Assembly (NCBI GenBank): GCA_043228905.1
Contig: JBHGNT010000444.1
Span: 1-25,160, forward strand
Origin: Azolla caroliniana
Lineage: Eukaryota > Plantae > Polypodiophyta
DNA length: 25,160 bases
Direction of reading: 5' to 3'
Positions 10,039 to 21,273 of the stretch are shown piece by piece. Position 1 is the stretch's first letter, and every line of letters starts with the position of its first letter. The notes below the pieces were generated by a model. That model worked only from the letters and a program-made list of their open reading frames with translations, was not told where the DNA came from and did no database searches. Made by a program: the position numbers and the translations under genes.

Positions 10039-11220
10039 AACACCGTTCCGGATGTTACCCGTGTAGCCTTCAACATCTAGTCGACCGGCTGATATCAGGT
10101 TCAGACGAACCTCCGGAACGTGTCAGACATCCTTCTGCAGCAGCTTGCATCCAGTTGGTGTTGTCAACCACACGTCTCCTATGCTGACAATTCAGCATGT
10201 ACCTTCATTCCCCATCCGGACACAGCTATGATCACCAGCTGAGTAGGATGAGAAGCATTTCCAGTCCGGGGTAAGGTGGAACGACGCTCCGGAGTCGACC
10301 ACCCAGGTCATCTCGTCGCCAACAAGGTTTAGCTCACTCTCCTCGGTGATGAGCATCAACTCTTCTTCACTTGCCGCGATTGCCGTCGTTCCCTTCCGGT
10401 CCGGCCCCCTTCGGTCTTTACTGTTCCGGTCTGGCGTCTGCTTCAAATCGGTACCGTCGGTTTCCTTGTCTTTTCAGAAGTGCCGACAGTTCTTCTAGAA
10501 GTGTCCCGGCTTGCCACAATAGAAGCAAGTAGGCCGCCCCCTTGACTTTGACTGTGTCCCCGACTTTTCCTGGTTCTGGGGACTACGGTTCCTTTGTCTT
10601 CCGCATTCCGATTCGGTAAGGAGCGCTTTGGAGTCGGAGCTCGTATCCTTATCTTTCCGACGCGCCTCCTCATCTAGCAAGCTCGACTTCACTCTTGCTA
10701 GGGATAACCGTTTCCCTTCCGGCCCGGTGTTGCCCAAAGTGACAACCAACGTCTCCCAGATATCCGGGAGAGAACCGAGCAGGAGTAGCGCTAGTACCTC
10801 ATCGGTGAGAGGTACTTCCAATGATGTTACTTGGTGGATCAGCCCCTGGAAGGCATTCATGTGCTCCGCCATGCTGGAGCCATCTTGGTACCGGAGTCTT
10901 ACTAGCTTCCGAAATACCGAAACCTGATTAACAACATTTTTGTTTTGAAACATAATGCCGATCTTCTCCCAGAGCTCATGAGCCTTGCTCTGTTCATTGA
11001 AGTTGTTGTATAGGCTCATGTCGATGAAGCACCGTATGTAGGCCGTTGTCTTCATGTGCATCACCTCCCATATCGCGGCGTCTATTTTGTCCGGTCTCTT
11101 GTTCCCGAACTGAACCGACAACCAAAGATCTTTAACCACGAGCATGTCCCTCATCTTCGACTTCCACACCGAATAGTTGGAGCCGGTGAGCTTGAACATG
11201 CCTCCCGACGAATCGTCCAT
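10039..11220 (-). pseudogene. gag: Copia W gag (UBN2-type), zinc knuckle and protease
   Basis: KLTGSNYSVWKSKMRDML...LLLGSLPD.WE.LV; CFYCGKPGHF*KNC; WVVDSGASFH. Confidence 0.95.
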
Positions 11221-11235
11221 TTTCTGTGTCGTTTT

Positions 11236-11247
11236 GCTCTGATACCA
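11236..11247 (-). promoter_or_regulatory. Primer binding site, initiator tRNA-Met (element W)
   Basis: TGGTATCAGAGC, 3 nt from the LTR end. Confidence 0.95.
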
Positions 11248-11250
11248 CTT

Positions 11251-11906
11251 TTACAGGAACACACGCTCCGAATAAACAACGCTCGACCACAACCGAGCCT
11301 AGGATAAAACACAGAAAATGGATAGTGAATGTACGACACAGTGAAGAGAAGAGTACACAGGATGTTAACGTGGAAAACCCAAACTAGGGAAAAACCACGG
11401 AAGCCCACAGACTACAAACTATCACTATGTTACAGTGTACAACAGTAAAGCAACAACCTCGAGGCAACGACCTTGAGCTTGCTATCTTCGCCACAGGCGG
11501 CGGTTACAACAGAGGCAACGACCTCTTCCTCTCTCTCACTCTCTCTCTGTACACAGTTACGCGCTCTAATCTTGCACCAACAAGAATGACAACAACACCT
11601 CTCACATTACTAAGTTTTCCCTAAGTCATGTTTATATTAATATGACTTTTCAGCTATTTACAAATATAGCCCCGATGGACTCTCAAAAAAATATTTACGA
11701 ATATGTCCCTTCATCCGGTGAGCACTCCTCACCGGGCCTGCGTCATCCGGCGCTTGCCGAGCACACGTCATCCGGTTCGCACCGGGTCTTCACCATTCGG
11801 CTCTTGCCGGGTACTCGTCATCGGGTTCTCACCGGGTCTTCCGTAGCCGGGTACTCGTCATCACTGTCCTTCTCACTTCCCATCCGGAGGGACCTGTTTC
11901 CTAACA
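11251..11906 (-). repeat. 5' LTR of Copia W (656 bp)
   Basis: Matches 7477-8204 but has only two U3 cores. The inner terminal CA is mutated to AA. Confidence 0.96.
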
Positions 11907-13713
11907 CATACGTCGTCGTCATTAGCGCCTCAGCCCAAAACGTCTTGGGCAGTTTAACATGTGCCAACATGCTCCGGACTCTCTCCATTACGATCTGGTT
12001 CCTTTCGGCCAATCCATTCAGCTCTGGTGTCTTCGGCACAGTGAATTCGAGCCGGATTCACTTTGACTAGCCGTACTCCTCGAACTACCCCCGGTATTCT
12101 CCTCCATTGTCTACTCGAACCGCCTTCAGCTTCCGGCCGGTTTCCCTTTCCACTCTCGTGTGGAATTCCTTGAGGTCGGATAATACCTGGTCCTTCTTCT
12201 TTAGCGGTGAGACCCACAACTTCCGGTTGTGGTCGTCTATGAACGTCACGAAGTACGGCGACCCAGCATGTGACTTCGTGTTCACTTAGCATACATCAGT
12301 ATGCACAAGTTCCAGTGGTGCATTCCGTCTTGCTAGTGGCCTTGTCCAAAAAGAGGTTCGGTTCTGCTTGGCGGCCAAGCAATCGGAGCAATTCTCAAGA
12401 TGCACGTATTTTACCTCCATAATGAGGTTATCTTCAGCTAGTCTTCGCATCCCATTCTGTCTCATTTGGCACAACCTCTTGTGTCATAGCTCACCGGCAT
12501 TGTCGGATGCCACATTCACTTCTTCCCGGCATATCTGGGCATGCATCAGGTACAAACTGTTGATCTTAGGGGCTCGGGCCACAATCAGTAAACTTCATGA
12601 CTCCATTCCGGATGTTACCCATGTAGCCTTCATCATTTAGCCGACCGATTGATATTAGGTTTAACCGAACCTCCGGAACATGTTAGAGATCTCTCAACAA
12701 AAATTTGCACCCGGTTCACGTTGTCAACCACACGTCTCCTCCAGACAGAACCGTGATCTCCGGCTTTGTACGATGAGAAGCACTTCTAGTCAGGGGTCAA
12801 ATGGAACGACGTGCCGGAGTCGACCACCCATGTTTTTTCATCGTTGACAAGATGCAACTCACCCTCCTTTCGGAAATCTTCTTCACTTGTCGCAATCACC
12901 GATGTTCCTCTCCTTTCTGAAATCTTTTTCGATTCTGGAATGTCGGCTCCCCCTTTGGTTTTCCGAAAGTATTGGGAATTCTTCTGGAAGTTCCCCGGCT
13001 TTCCACAATAGAAGCAAGTGGGCCTGCCCCTTCACTTCGACCTCGTCCCCGATTTTTCCCAGTTCTAGGGACTCCAATTCCGACCTCTTCCCCGGTTATG
13101 GTCATCTTCCGTGACCAAGGCCTTCGATCAGTTCTGGACTCTCGGTTCTTCCAATGAGCTTCTTCATCCAACAAGCTAGATTTTACCCTTGGTATGAACA
13201 ATTGTTTTCCTTCCAGCTCGGCGTTGCCCAAAGTGACAAATAGCATCTCCCAACTATCCGGGAGGGAACCAAGCAGCAGCAACGCGAGTACCTCGTTGAC
13301 TAGAGGTACTTCCAACGAGGTTGTTTGATTTATGAACCCCTAGAATGCATTCATGTGCTCTACCATGCTGGATCCATCCTGGTACCAGAGTCTCACTAAC
13401 TTCCGGAATACTAAAACCCGATTTATGGTGTTTTTACTCTCCAGCATGGTACCGATTTTCTCTCAGAGCACATGAGCCTTACTTTCTTCATTAAAGTTGT
13501 TGTATAAAATCATGTCAATGAAGCATCTAATCTATGTCACTGTCTTCATATGCATCACCTCCCACGTTGTGGCATCGATCTTGTTCGGTTTCTTGTACCT
13601 GAACTATACCGACAACCAAAGATCTTTGACCATGAGCATGTCCCTCATCTTCGACTTCTACACTGGGTAGTTGGAGCCGATGAGCTTGAACATCTTCTAA
13701 ATGACTCTTCCAT
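11907..13713 (-). pseudogene. gag-pol: Copia X gag-protease-integrase, heavily disrupted
   Basis: Collinear with W: LLLLGSLPDSWE, WVVDSG, LVHTDVC, FIDDHNRKLW, VDNGGEY, NGLAER, FWAEAL. Confidence 0.93.
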
Positions 13714-13735
13714 TTTCTTCAAGGTTTAGAACCTT

Positions 13736-13748
13736 GGCTCTGATACCA
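13736..13748 (-). promoter_or_regulatory. Primer binding site, initiator tRNA-Met (element X)
   Basis: TGGTATCAGAGCC, 3 nt from the LTR end. Confidence 0.93.
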
Positions 13749-13751
13749 GTT

Positions 13752-14272
13752 TGTGCGGAATAGTTGCTCAGCCACAACCGAGTTGAACACTCAATGGAAG
13801 AACAAAACAAAAATGGAGGTTAATACACTTACACAAAAGAGACAACACAGGATGTTTACGTGGAAAACCCTAATCGGGAAAAAACAACGGGAGCCCACAG
13901 ACTCCAACTATCACTATAAGAGGCAGTATACAACAGAAGACTCAAAGGCAACGACCTCAAGTTCTATATCTTCGCCAACCGGCGGTAACAACTGAAAACT
14001 TTCTGTGTCTCTTTGTATCTCTATACAACGATAATGATAATGACATCATCCAAAGTGATTGCCCTAAGTCATATTTATACTTAAATGACTTTAGGACTAT
14101 TTAAAAGTATGACCTCAATAGTCACGTCAAAAGATATTTGCTAATATGTTCCTATTTTCCGGTTCATACCGGATCCGGCCGGACTCCTTCCAGATCCATC
14201 CGATCCGGTATCCGGTTACCGTCCGAACCCATCCGGCTCATCCAGATCCCATCCGAAGGGACCGAATTCCCA
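13752..14272 (-). repeat. 5' LTR of Copia X (outer end approximate)
   Basis: Shares GCCACAACCGAG, CGTGGAAAACCC..GGGAAAAA, AACTATCACTAT, GCCCTAAGTCAT and terminal CCCATCCGRAGGGACC with the W LTRs. Confidence 0.85.
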
Positions 14273-14871
14273 TCTGATTTGCCAATTCAAAAGTCAATTG
14301 TGCATCTTCGGTTCCTCTTAGGTACTTGAAGATGTGTTTGACGGCCTCCCAATGCTTCCATCCTGGGTTTGACATGTACTGGTTGACGACCCCAATGGCA
14401 TATGCAAGGTCAGGTCGAGTCGCCACCATCATGTACATGATACTTCCTACTGCCGATGTGTAGGGTATCTTTCCATTAAGCTCTTTCTCTTTGTCCGTCG
14501 AAGGAGAGTCTCTGTCCGATGTTCCGACCGACGTCAAAAGTGGTGTTGGTGTTGGCTTTGCATTCTCCATGTTGAATGCTTCAACACCTTGCGAATATAG
14601 TCGGACTGGGAGAGTCGAAGAGTTTTTGTTGTCCAATTTCGCTCTATCTTCATGCCCAGTATGTGTCGGGATTGTCTGAGTTCCTTCGTTGCAAACTTTT
14701 TGTGAAGGCTCCGCTTTAGCTTTCCGATTTCGGTTTAATTGCTCCCTACAATCAACATGTTGTCAACATAAAGGATCAGATAGATTCGAGACTCATCGGC
14801 CAATTGCCGAATATACATACGTGGGTCGGAGTCGGATTGGGGGTATCCAAACTGCTTCATGTAGGACTCGA
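14273..14871 (-). pseudogene. pol: Relic Copia reverse transcriptase (element V), host of X
   Basis: Manual translation IYLILYVDNMLIVG...HILGMKIER, plus ORF FNMENAKP...PYTSAVGSIMYMMVATRPDLAYAIG...HWEAVKHIFKYLRGT. Confidence 0.9.
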
Positions 14872-15611
14872 GAAAAGTCTCTATGGCTAAAAAGAGTTGG
14901 CACAAGCACAATTTATCTCACTTTGGGAAACCACACACCATTGGTGGACTTCACGTTAGGACATCCGAAATGGTACTTCCAATCGCCTCACTAGCTATAC
15001 CCCTGGCTAGCAAATCACCCATATTGGTTTTGATGATATCAATGCCTAGTTGTGAAGCTTGCTAATTGCGTCTTGATGCTTGTTGAAAAATAACAAATTT
15101 TGTCATGTAGCCATTTGCTATTATGTGGACAATGATTGCCCCCCCTTTTTTATCTAAGGTGTTATAGAATGATAGCCAAATATATATGGAAGCGGCTTGT
15201 AAATAGTAGAGTATCTATAGATACTTAGAGTGTACATAACATGATCTGTATATGTGATTCACCTAACTAATGGAAAACAATTTTTTCTCGGAAAAAAAAT
15301 TGTAGAAATTGAGTGTCCATGTTATTTTCTCACTCCATTGTAAAATAAACTTTGATTAATTTACTCAATGAAAATTGGGCATAGCTCATTTTTATACACA
15401 AACATATTGGAATTGCTTTATAAATGACAATCTTGTCTTTATCGCTTTTCATATTATGGAAGATGTGACTATGCCAATAATGAAAATAGACACATATTAC
15501 TAGATAAAATGTAGAAATTATGTTACTCTCACCTTCCATCTTTAAACACATTTTGATTATTTTATTAATTTATTATCATTACATATAAATGCTAGTTTAT
15601 ACATATACATA

Positions 15612-16254
15612 TGTCGCACTCGTGACCGGCCACAGCCGGTTACCGTTCGTATATTCGTGTGTAAGAAATAACACTCTGATAGAAAACCGAAAAACAACAT
15701 AGCAAAAACAGAGAACACGCAGATTTTACCGTGGAAACCCGAACTGGGAAAAACCACGAGGAGTCTGCTTGCTCTGAAAACATATCACTATGATGATGAG
15801 GAGTACAACAAGAAACTCAGTGTCAAGATCAATACTAAGACAGAGAAGGAATTAGTACTAAAAGATGAGGATTAATACTAAGAGAGATGTAGAACTCTCG
15901 AGAGAAGGAAAGAGTGAGCGAGAGAGAGAGATACAGAGAGAGAAAGGGTGAGAGAGAATGATGATAAATGATATATATTGTGTGAAGAGAGTATACAATA
16001 GTAGCTAAGAGGCTTAAGATTGGCGTTGAACCGATTTGGTTCGAAATAATGCCTTGTGCCTCCTTTTATAGTGTTCTCAGGAGTACTCCTGAAGTTTCTA
16101 GAATGTTCCAGAGAAATCTAGAATATACATCAATTTTCTATAATAAAACATAAATGAAAATAATATTCTACGTATTACAATGTATGGTCTAATGGTCAAG
16201 AGCTCGACCCATGTAACATAAGGTCATGGGTTCGAGTCTTGCCATATCATGACA
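15612..16254 (-). repeat. 3' LTR of the chromovirus (left end tentative)
   Basis: Starts TGTCATGA on - right after the PPT, TATAAAAG on - at 16063-16070, candidate end ...GCGACA at 15612. Confidence 0.7.
16178..16249 (+). other. Degenerate tRNA-like sequence (Pol III A and B boxes) at the U3 tip of the LTR; not a functional tRNA call
   Basis: A box TGGTCTAATGG (16185-16195), AGGTC variable-loop motif and B box GGTTCGAGTC (16229-16238) at tRNA spacing. Stems are imperfect. Confidence 0.6.
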
Positions 16255-16945
16255 CTATCCCCCTTTTAAAACGATGAGTGTCACGAGTCGTTTTGGATTG
16301 AGGACCTGGTTTGTCTAGATATTGACGATGGAAGTCTTCAAGAAGAGCACGAGCATTGGTCACATTCTCTATCGGTTCCCAAGTACGCTCGTTGGGACTA
16401 TATCCTAGCCAATCGACTAGATAGTAGAGCTTGTTGCAAACAATCTTGGAATCAAGGATGGCAGCAACCTCGTACTCAGGTCCATCTTCAAGCTCGATCG
16501 GGGGTGGAGGCTGTGTAATACGTCCTGGGATGGTGCTCTCTTGAAAGGGTTCGAGGAGAGAACTATGAAACACTGGATGTATCCGAAGTTGCGGAGGTAG
16601 ATCGAGACGAAAAGCAACATCATTAATCTTTCCTATAATACGGAAAGGACCTAATCGTCGATAATCCAACTTCTCGCATGGGCGAGTAGTCTTGATGTGT
16701 CGTCGTAGTAGCCATACCCGATCTCCAATGTTAAAATTGGATGGAAGTCGATGACGATCCGTGTAAACCTTGTGTGTTTGTTGATCTTGTTGGAGATGAG
16801 TAGATAAATCGGCTTGTATCTTGCGTAACCGCTCTAAACGATCCTCTACGCAAGGATTTGTGGACAACTCTGGGGTTTCAAATACACACCACCGGGGGTG
16901 ACAACCCGTATAAGCATAAAATGGTGTAACTTTAGTCGATGCGTG
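16247..16945 (-). pseudogene. pol: Integrase C-terminus (GPY/F) and chromodomain
   Basis: KLDYRRLGPFRII...IHPVFHSSLL...EYEVAAILDS...YYLVDWLGYSPNERTWEP. The ORF ends inside the LTR. Confidence 0.95.
16255..16267 (-). promoter_or_regulatory. Polypurine tract of the chromovirus
   Basis: AAAAGGGGGATAG on -, directly before TGTCA. Confidence 0.85.
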
Positions 16946-17586
16946 TGAAAAGAGAGATGATGATAGAAAAGAGAGAGAAGGAAGATATAGAAACCCAAAT
17001 CTACAAAGATATATTAATAAGGAGTGATGATCATAGAAACAAGAGAAAGAAGATACATAAACTCAAGCCTACAAGGATGAATTGATCACTAGAAAAAACG
17101 CACTACATGAATAGGCAAGAAAAACCCCACAAGAAAAAAAAGCTCTCTTCACCACCTCACTCTTCTTGCTTTATATGAAGTTCTCCTCTAGTAGATAAGT
17201 TTTGCTTGCTTTCTTTTCCACGCTTTTTTTACAGCTTTTCCATCTCCTATTCTTAGCTATGATACAACGATCTTCTAATCGTCATATCTCCCTCATCCAT
17301 GCTCCAAATTTAGAGTTTTAAAAAGCTACGGATAGCTCTCGTCATAAGCTTTCTAACCCATATTTACACGTGATATTTGGGTTCCAAACGAATGAGTTAT
17401 GAGCGTTCGTTGTAGACTGCATTTTGGTGCCCGCTTTTTTCTTCTTTTACTTTTCTCCACGTGACTTGCTTTTTGTTTGACTTATCCTCAAGACCTTAGC
17501 TCGTGATCTTGTCCTCCGGATGTGAACGCACCATACCTTATATTCTTGTAGACTTCAATACCTTGAATTCTAAAAACACTTTCACA
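16946..17586. mobile_element. Solo LTR in the chromovirus integrase, TSD GCGTG
   Basis: GCGTG at 16941-16945 and 17587-17591 with TG...CA ends. An alternative start at 16944 gives TGTGAAA...TTTCACA. Removal restores NSVHASTKVTPF. Confidence 0.88.
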
Positions 17587-19760
17587 GCGTGGACAGAGTT
17601 ATTATAGGCAAATTCGGCGAAGTGGAGAATATCTGCCCAGTCATCATGATGATAGCTTAGAAAGCACCGAAGATACTGCTCTAGCGTTTGATTTGTTCAT
17701 TCTGCTTGGCCATCGGTTTGTGGGTGGTAGCCGGAGGAGACATTACAAGGGACCTTGAGCATTTTAAAAAGGTGCTTCCAGAATTTTGATACGAACTGGG
17801 GTCCACGGTTGTTGATGATACTATCGGGAAGGCCATGATGCCGACATACTTCACACATGACAATTTCAGCGGTTTCTTCACTGGAGATTTCCTTAGTACA
17901 TGGCAAGAAATGAGCCATCTTCGTATATCGATCTACGACTATTAGAATCGCATTGAACCCCTTAGAGATTGGAAGATCTGTGATGAAGTCTAGAGCAATG
18001 GATTGCCACGGCATGCTTGGAATTGGTAATGGTTCTAATCAACCATATGGATGATGCCTTGGCATTTTCGCTCTGTAGCATGTATCACAAGTCCGAACAA
18101 AACATTCGACAAATTGTCGCATACGCTGCCACCAAAATGATCGTTGTACTAAATCTAATGTTTTAGTACTACCCAAATGCCCAACTGTATATGTGTCATG
18201 ACAGTTTTGGACTACTCGAAGGAGGCAAGAACCATTAGAAACATACAAGATTTCATTAAAGAATAGTAATCCATCATGGTATTTGAATTGCCGATAGTCC
18301 GTACCTGGTGGTTGTGACTGTGAACAAGATGCTCGAGAGGGATCAATTTGTGCTAGAATGGCTTGGGCGAAAGCATCGGTCTTCAAGTCCTCATGTATAG
18401 TATCAATAACGTGGGAATCCATGGGCATGCCAAAGACCTATGTTGCTTGCAGTCATGTCGGTCCCAAGATTACTTGCTTTTGGTTATCAAAAGTTGGCTC
18501 ACTGGGACGCGGTGCTACGTACGAACGCCATGATAATGCGTCTGCCTTCCCTTGGTGCTTCCTCGGACGATATGTAATTTTGAAGTCAAAACGTGTGAGG
18601 AAGTGGGCCCATAGAGCTTGACGTCGATTTAACACACAAGTGTCCTGAAAGTAGGCAAGGTTTTTGTGGTCACTGAATACAGTGACTTGATGAGAGGATC
18701 CCTCTAGAAAATGCCTCCATTGCGTAAAAGAGTCCACTATTGCCAATAGCTCCTTATCATGAATTTTTTAGTTGATTTCGGCGGTGTCAAACTTGTGTGA
18801 CTGAAAAGCCACAGGATGTAGCTTCTCATCATTACCCCGTTGTGACAGAATGCTCCCCAATGCGAAATCCGATGCGTCTGCTTCGATAATGAATGGTTTT
18901 TCCGGATCGACATGAGCTAGAATTGGAGCCGATGTAAATGCCTTTTTAGACTCTTGAAAGCCATGTCCACTTCTTCAGACCAAACGAACGATTGTCCCTT
19001 CCTGGTAAGCTGTGTGAGAGGCACAACGAGCTTTGAGTAATCCTGTATGAACTTCCGGTAAAAATTGGCAAAGCCTAAAAAGCATTGCACATAACGCACT
19101 GAACGCGGAGTCTGCCACTCTACCACAGTTTTGACCTTAGCTGGGTCCATGGAGATGCCTTCCAAGGAAATGACATAGCCTAGAAATTCCACATGGTTGC
19201 ACCCAAAACTACATTTTTCCAGCTTTGCATAAAGACCATGTTCTCAAAGTCGTTTTAGTACTAACAGTACATGAGAATCATGCTCTTCTTGGGTCTTCGA
19301 ATAAACCAGTAGATCATCCAAATAGATGATCAAACATCCAAGAGATCTTGGAATATATCATTTGCCATGTGCTGAAAGACTGTTGGCGCATTAGTGAGGC
19401 CGAACGGCATGACCGTATACTCGAAGTGCCCATATCTGGTGCGAAACGCGGTCTTCCATTCATCTCCTGGTTGGATCCGTACGAGGTTATAGGCTCCCCC
19501 CATAAGTCGATCTTCGTGAAGAACCTTGTACCATTGATCCGTTCTAAAAGACTTGAGATAAGGGGAAGTGCATACCTATTTTTGATTGTAACCTTATTCA
19601 AGCCACGGTAATCTACAATGAGACGAAGTGATCCATCTTTTTTCTTGACGAAGAAAATGGGTGCGCCGGCTGGAGATTTCGAATGCCGAATGAAACCATT
19701 TTCCAAATTCTCCTCTATATAGGCTCACAGGACTTCTTTCTCGGTTGGTGACAAATTGTA
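17587..19760 (-). pseudogene. pol: Chromovirus RT, RNase H and integrase core, with stops and frameshifts
   Basis: [18 protein letters not shown]; YLDDL; EFLGYVIS...FLGFANFYRKFI; [10 protein letters not shown]; ELLAIV...WRHFLEG...DHKNL; H2C2; PWQSIALDFITDLP...YHPQTDGQAE. Confidence 0.95.
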
Positions 19761-21273
19761 GCACCCTCCTACTTCATATTGAGTCGGTTGTGACTCCTTG
19801 TAATGCTACATTTTGTATTTGCTATTCTCCTTGTTAATATATGCCTTCTTCTTGAGTACTTCATTTTTCTTTCATCTATCTATCTTGTGTTTTCTCTTCT
19901 CTCATCTCTTTCCTCTCACACATACACATAACACACAACTCTTCCACTGCACAAGAATCATATCCGATTCTTTACATTCTTGAAATGCCCCTCTCATTTT
20001 CGTTTGTCTCTTTTTCATCGTCTCTCGATCTCTTTTCACATCATAATCCTTGTCAAGATCTCGATCTCAATCTTTTTCTCTCGTTTTTTCCTTCTCTTTT
20101 CCCTCTCTTTTTCTTTTGTGTCCTTCTTGTCCTCTCGTTCAATTATTTTCTGCTTCGTTTCTATCTTTTTTTTTCTATTCACCTACTGGGGATCACTTCT
20201 TCTGTCTTCCTCTCTTCTCCTATGGTTCCTTTTCTTCCTTTCAATTTCTTCTCTATCATCAATGTTTCATTTTCTTCTTTGTCTTCCATTTATCCTCTGT
20301 TTCTTCTTCTTCTTCTGTCATAGTCATTCCTACCGTTTCTTCCTCCTTCTCTTTCTCCTTCTTCTTCTGTTTTGTTGTTTCTCTGTTTTTTGTTGCTTGT
20401 CCATCTCCATCTTTGTTCGTGATTGTCACTTCATATCTATCCGTAATTATTGCTTCATCTCTGTTCGGCCTATCCAGTTGCCACTCTATCTTCATTGCTT
20501 GGCCTTGTCCAAGTGACATCCGTTGTTGTCCGCCCCCTGTCCATCTCTTTTCGTTGTCGCTCAGTCGTTGCCCGCCTTGTCTCCATCTTTGTCGTTGATC
20601 AGTGTCTTCGTTATCATCTGTTTGTCGTCTATTCGTCCAATGTCTTTGTTGCCATTGTCGGTTTTCTTTGTCCGGCCCGTTCTCGCTGTCGTTCAACGTT
20701 TTTTTCTTCGTCGTTGTTTCAGTCTTCGTTTGGCCATCGGTTGTCAGTTGTTTGGCCATTCCGACCATTGTTTGGTTGTTGTGTCGTCACCTCGTTCAAT
20801 CTTTGTCTCTATCCAACCCTTTCGGTTTGCACCACTTCATCCAGTCGTTGTCTCTATCGCTTTTCTTTATCATTGTCGTTGTTCGGCGCCTCTGTCACCT
20901 TCTCCATCTGGCCCGGCTATGTCTATTTGTGTTTGTCCATGTCCATGCAGTCTGGCTATCCGGCTATTTGGTCATCTTGTCTGAGTGTCTATCCGGCCAT
21001 TTGTCCTTTCGGCTTGTCCGGCTACATCTTTCCTATTCGTCCGTGTCTTTTTTTTTGGTTCGGTCATGTCTTTCCGGTCCGTTCCGATAGTGACTTTTTG
21101 GTCGTCTCTTTCTAGTGCGTCCAACCGTGTCTTTCCATTGTTGTCCGTTTTTCCTGGCCATTGATGTCAGTCAGTCAGCGTCTACATCTACGTCTCCTTC
21201 TCTGTCTGCTTCGATCCTTTTGTGTTAACCTATTGGCTTTCTTTTACCAATTCCAGTTCCAGTTGTCTCCGCG
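19757..21273. repeat. T/C-rich low-complexity segment, possibly the LTR/UTR of another large retroelement
   Basis: Begins TGTAGCACCC exactly where the chromovirus RT is cut. Extreme pyrimidine skew; no matching end seen. Confidence 0.35.

Larger units (their letters stand above)
7477..11906 (-). mobile_element. Two-LTR Tnt1/Tork-like Copia with internal RT deletion, 4430 bp, 5-bp TSD CATAC (element W)
   Basis: Paired LTRs 7477-8204 and 11251-11906. CATAC at 7472-7476 and 11907-11911. PBS-Met, PPT and gag-PR-INT-RT-RH order. Confidence 0.97.
7008..14272 (-). mobile_element. Tnt1/Tork-like Copia (element X), interrupted by element W at 7477-11906 and by element Y at 7007
   Basis: LTR 13752-14272, PBS-Met, gag/PR/INT relics at 11907-13713. 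The integrase frame FWAEALMTTTYV|INRSPSTPL rejoins across W. Confidence 0.9.
15612..19760 (-). mobile_element. Chromovirus Ty3/Gypsy (Tcn1-like), 5'-truncated at the start of RT
   Basis: RT-RH-INT-chromodomain order, [25 protein letters not shown] and 3' LTR. No gag, PR or 5' LTR in the window. Confidence 0.92.

Noticed and set aside
14900-15611. Possible host gene fragment in AT-rich spacer
   Set aside because: Only short ORFs with no recognisable motifs or exon structure.
16178-16249. Bona fide tRNA gene
   Set aside because: Acceptor, anticodon and T stems pair poorly and no anticodon can be assigned, so it is kept only as tRNA-like.
19980-21115. Several long F/S/L/C-rich ORFs (up to 221 aa) and a K/E/T-rich antisense ORF
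   Set aside because: Artefact of A-poor low-complexity DNA that lacks stop codons in all frames; no domain motifs.
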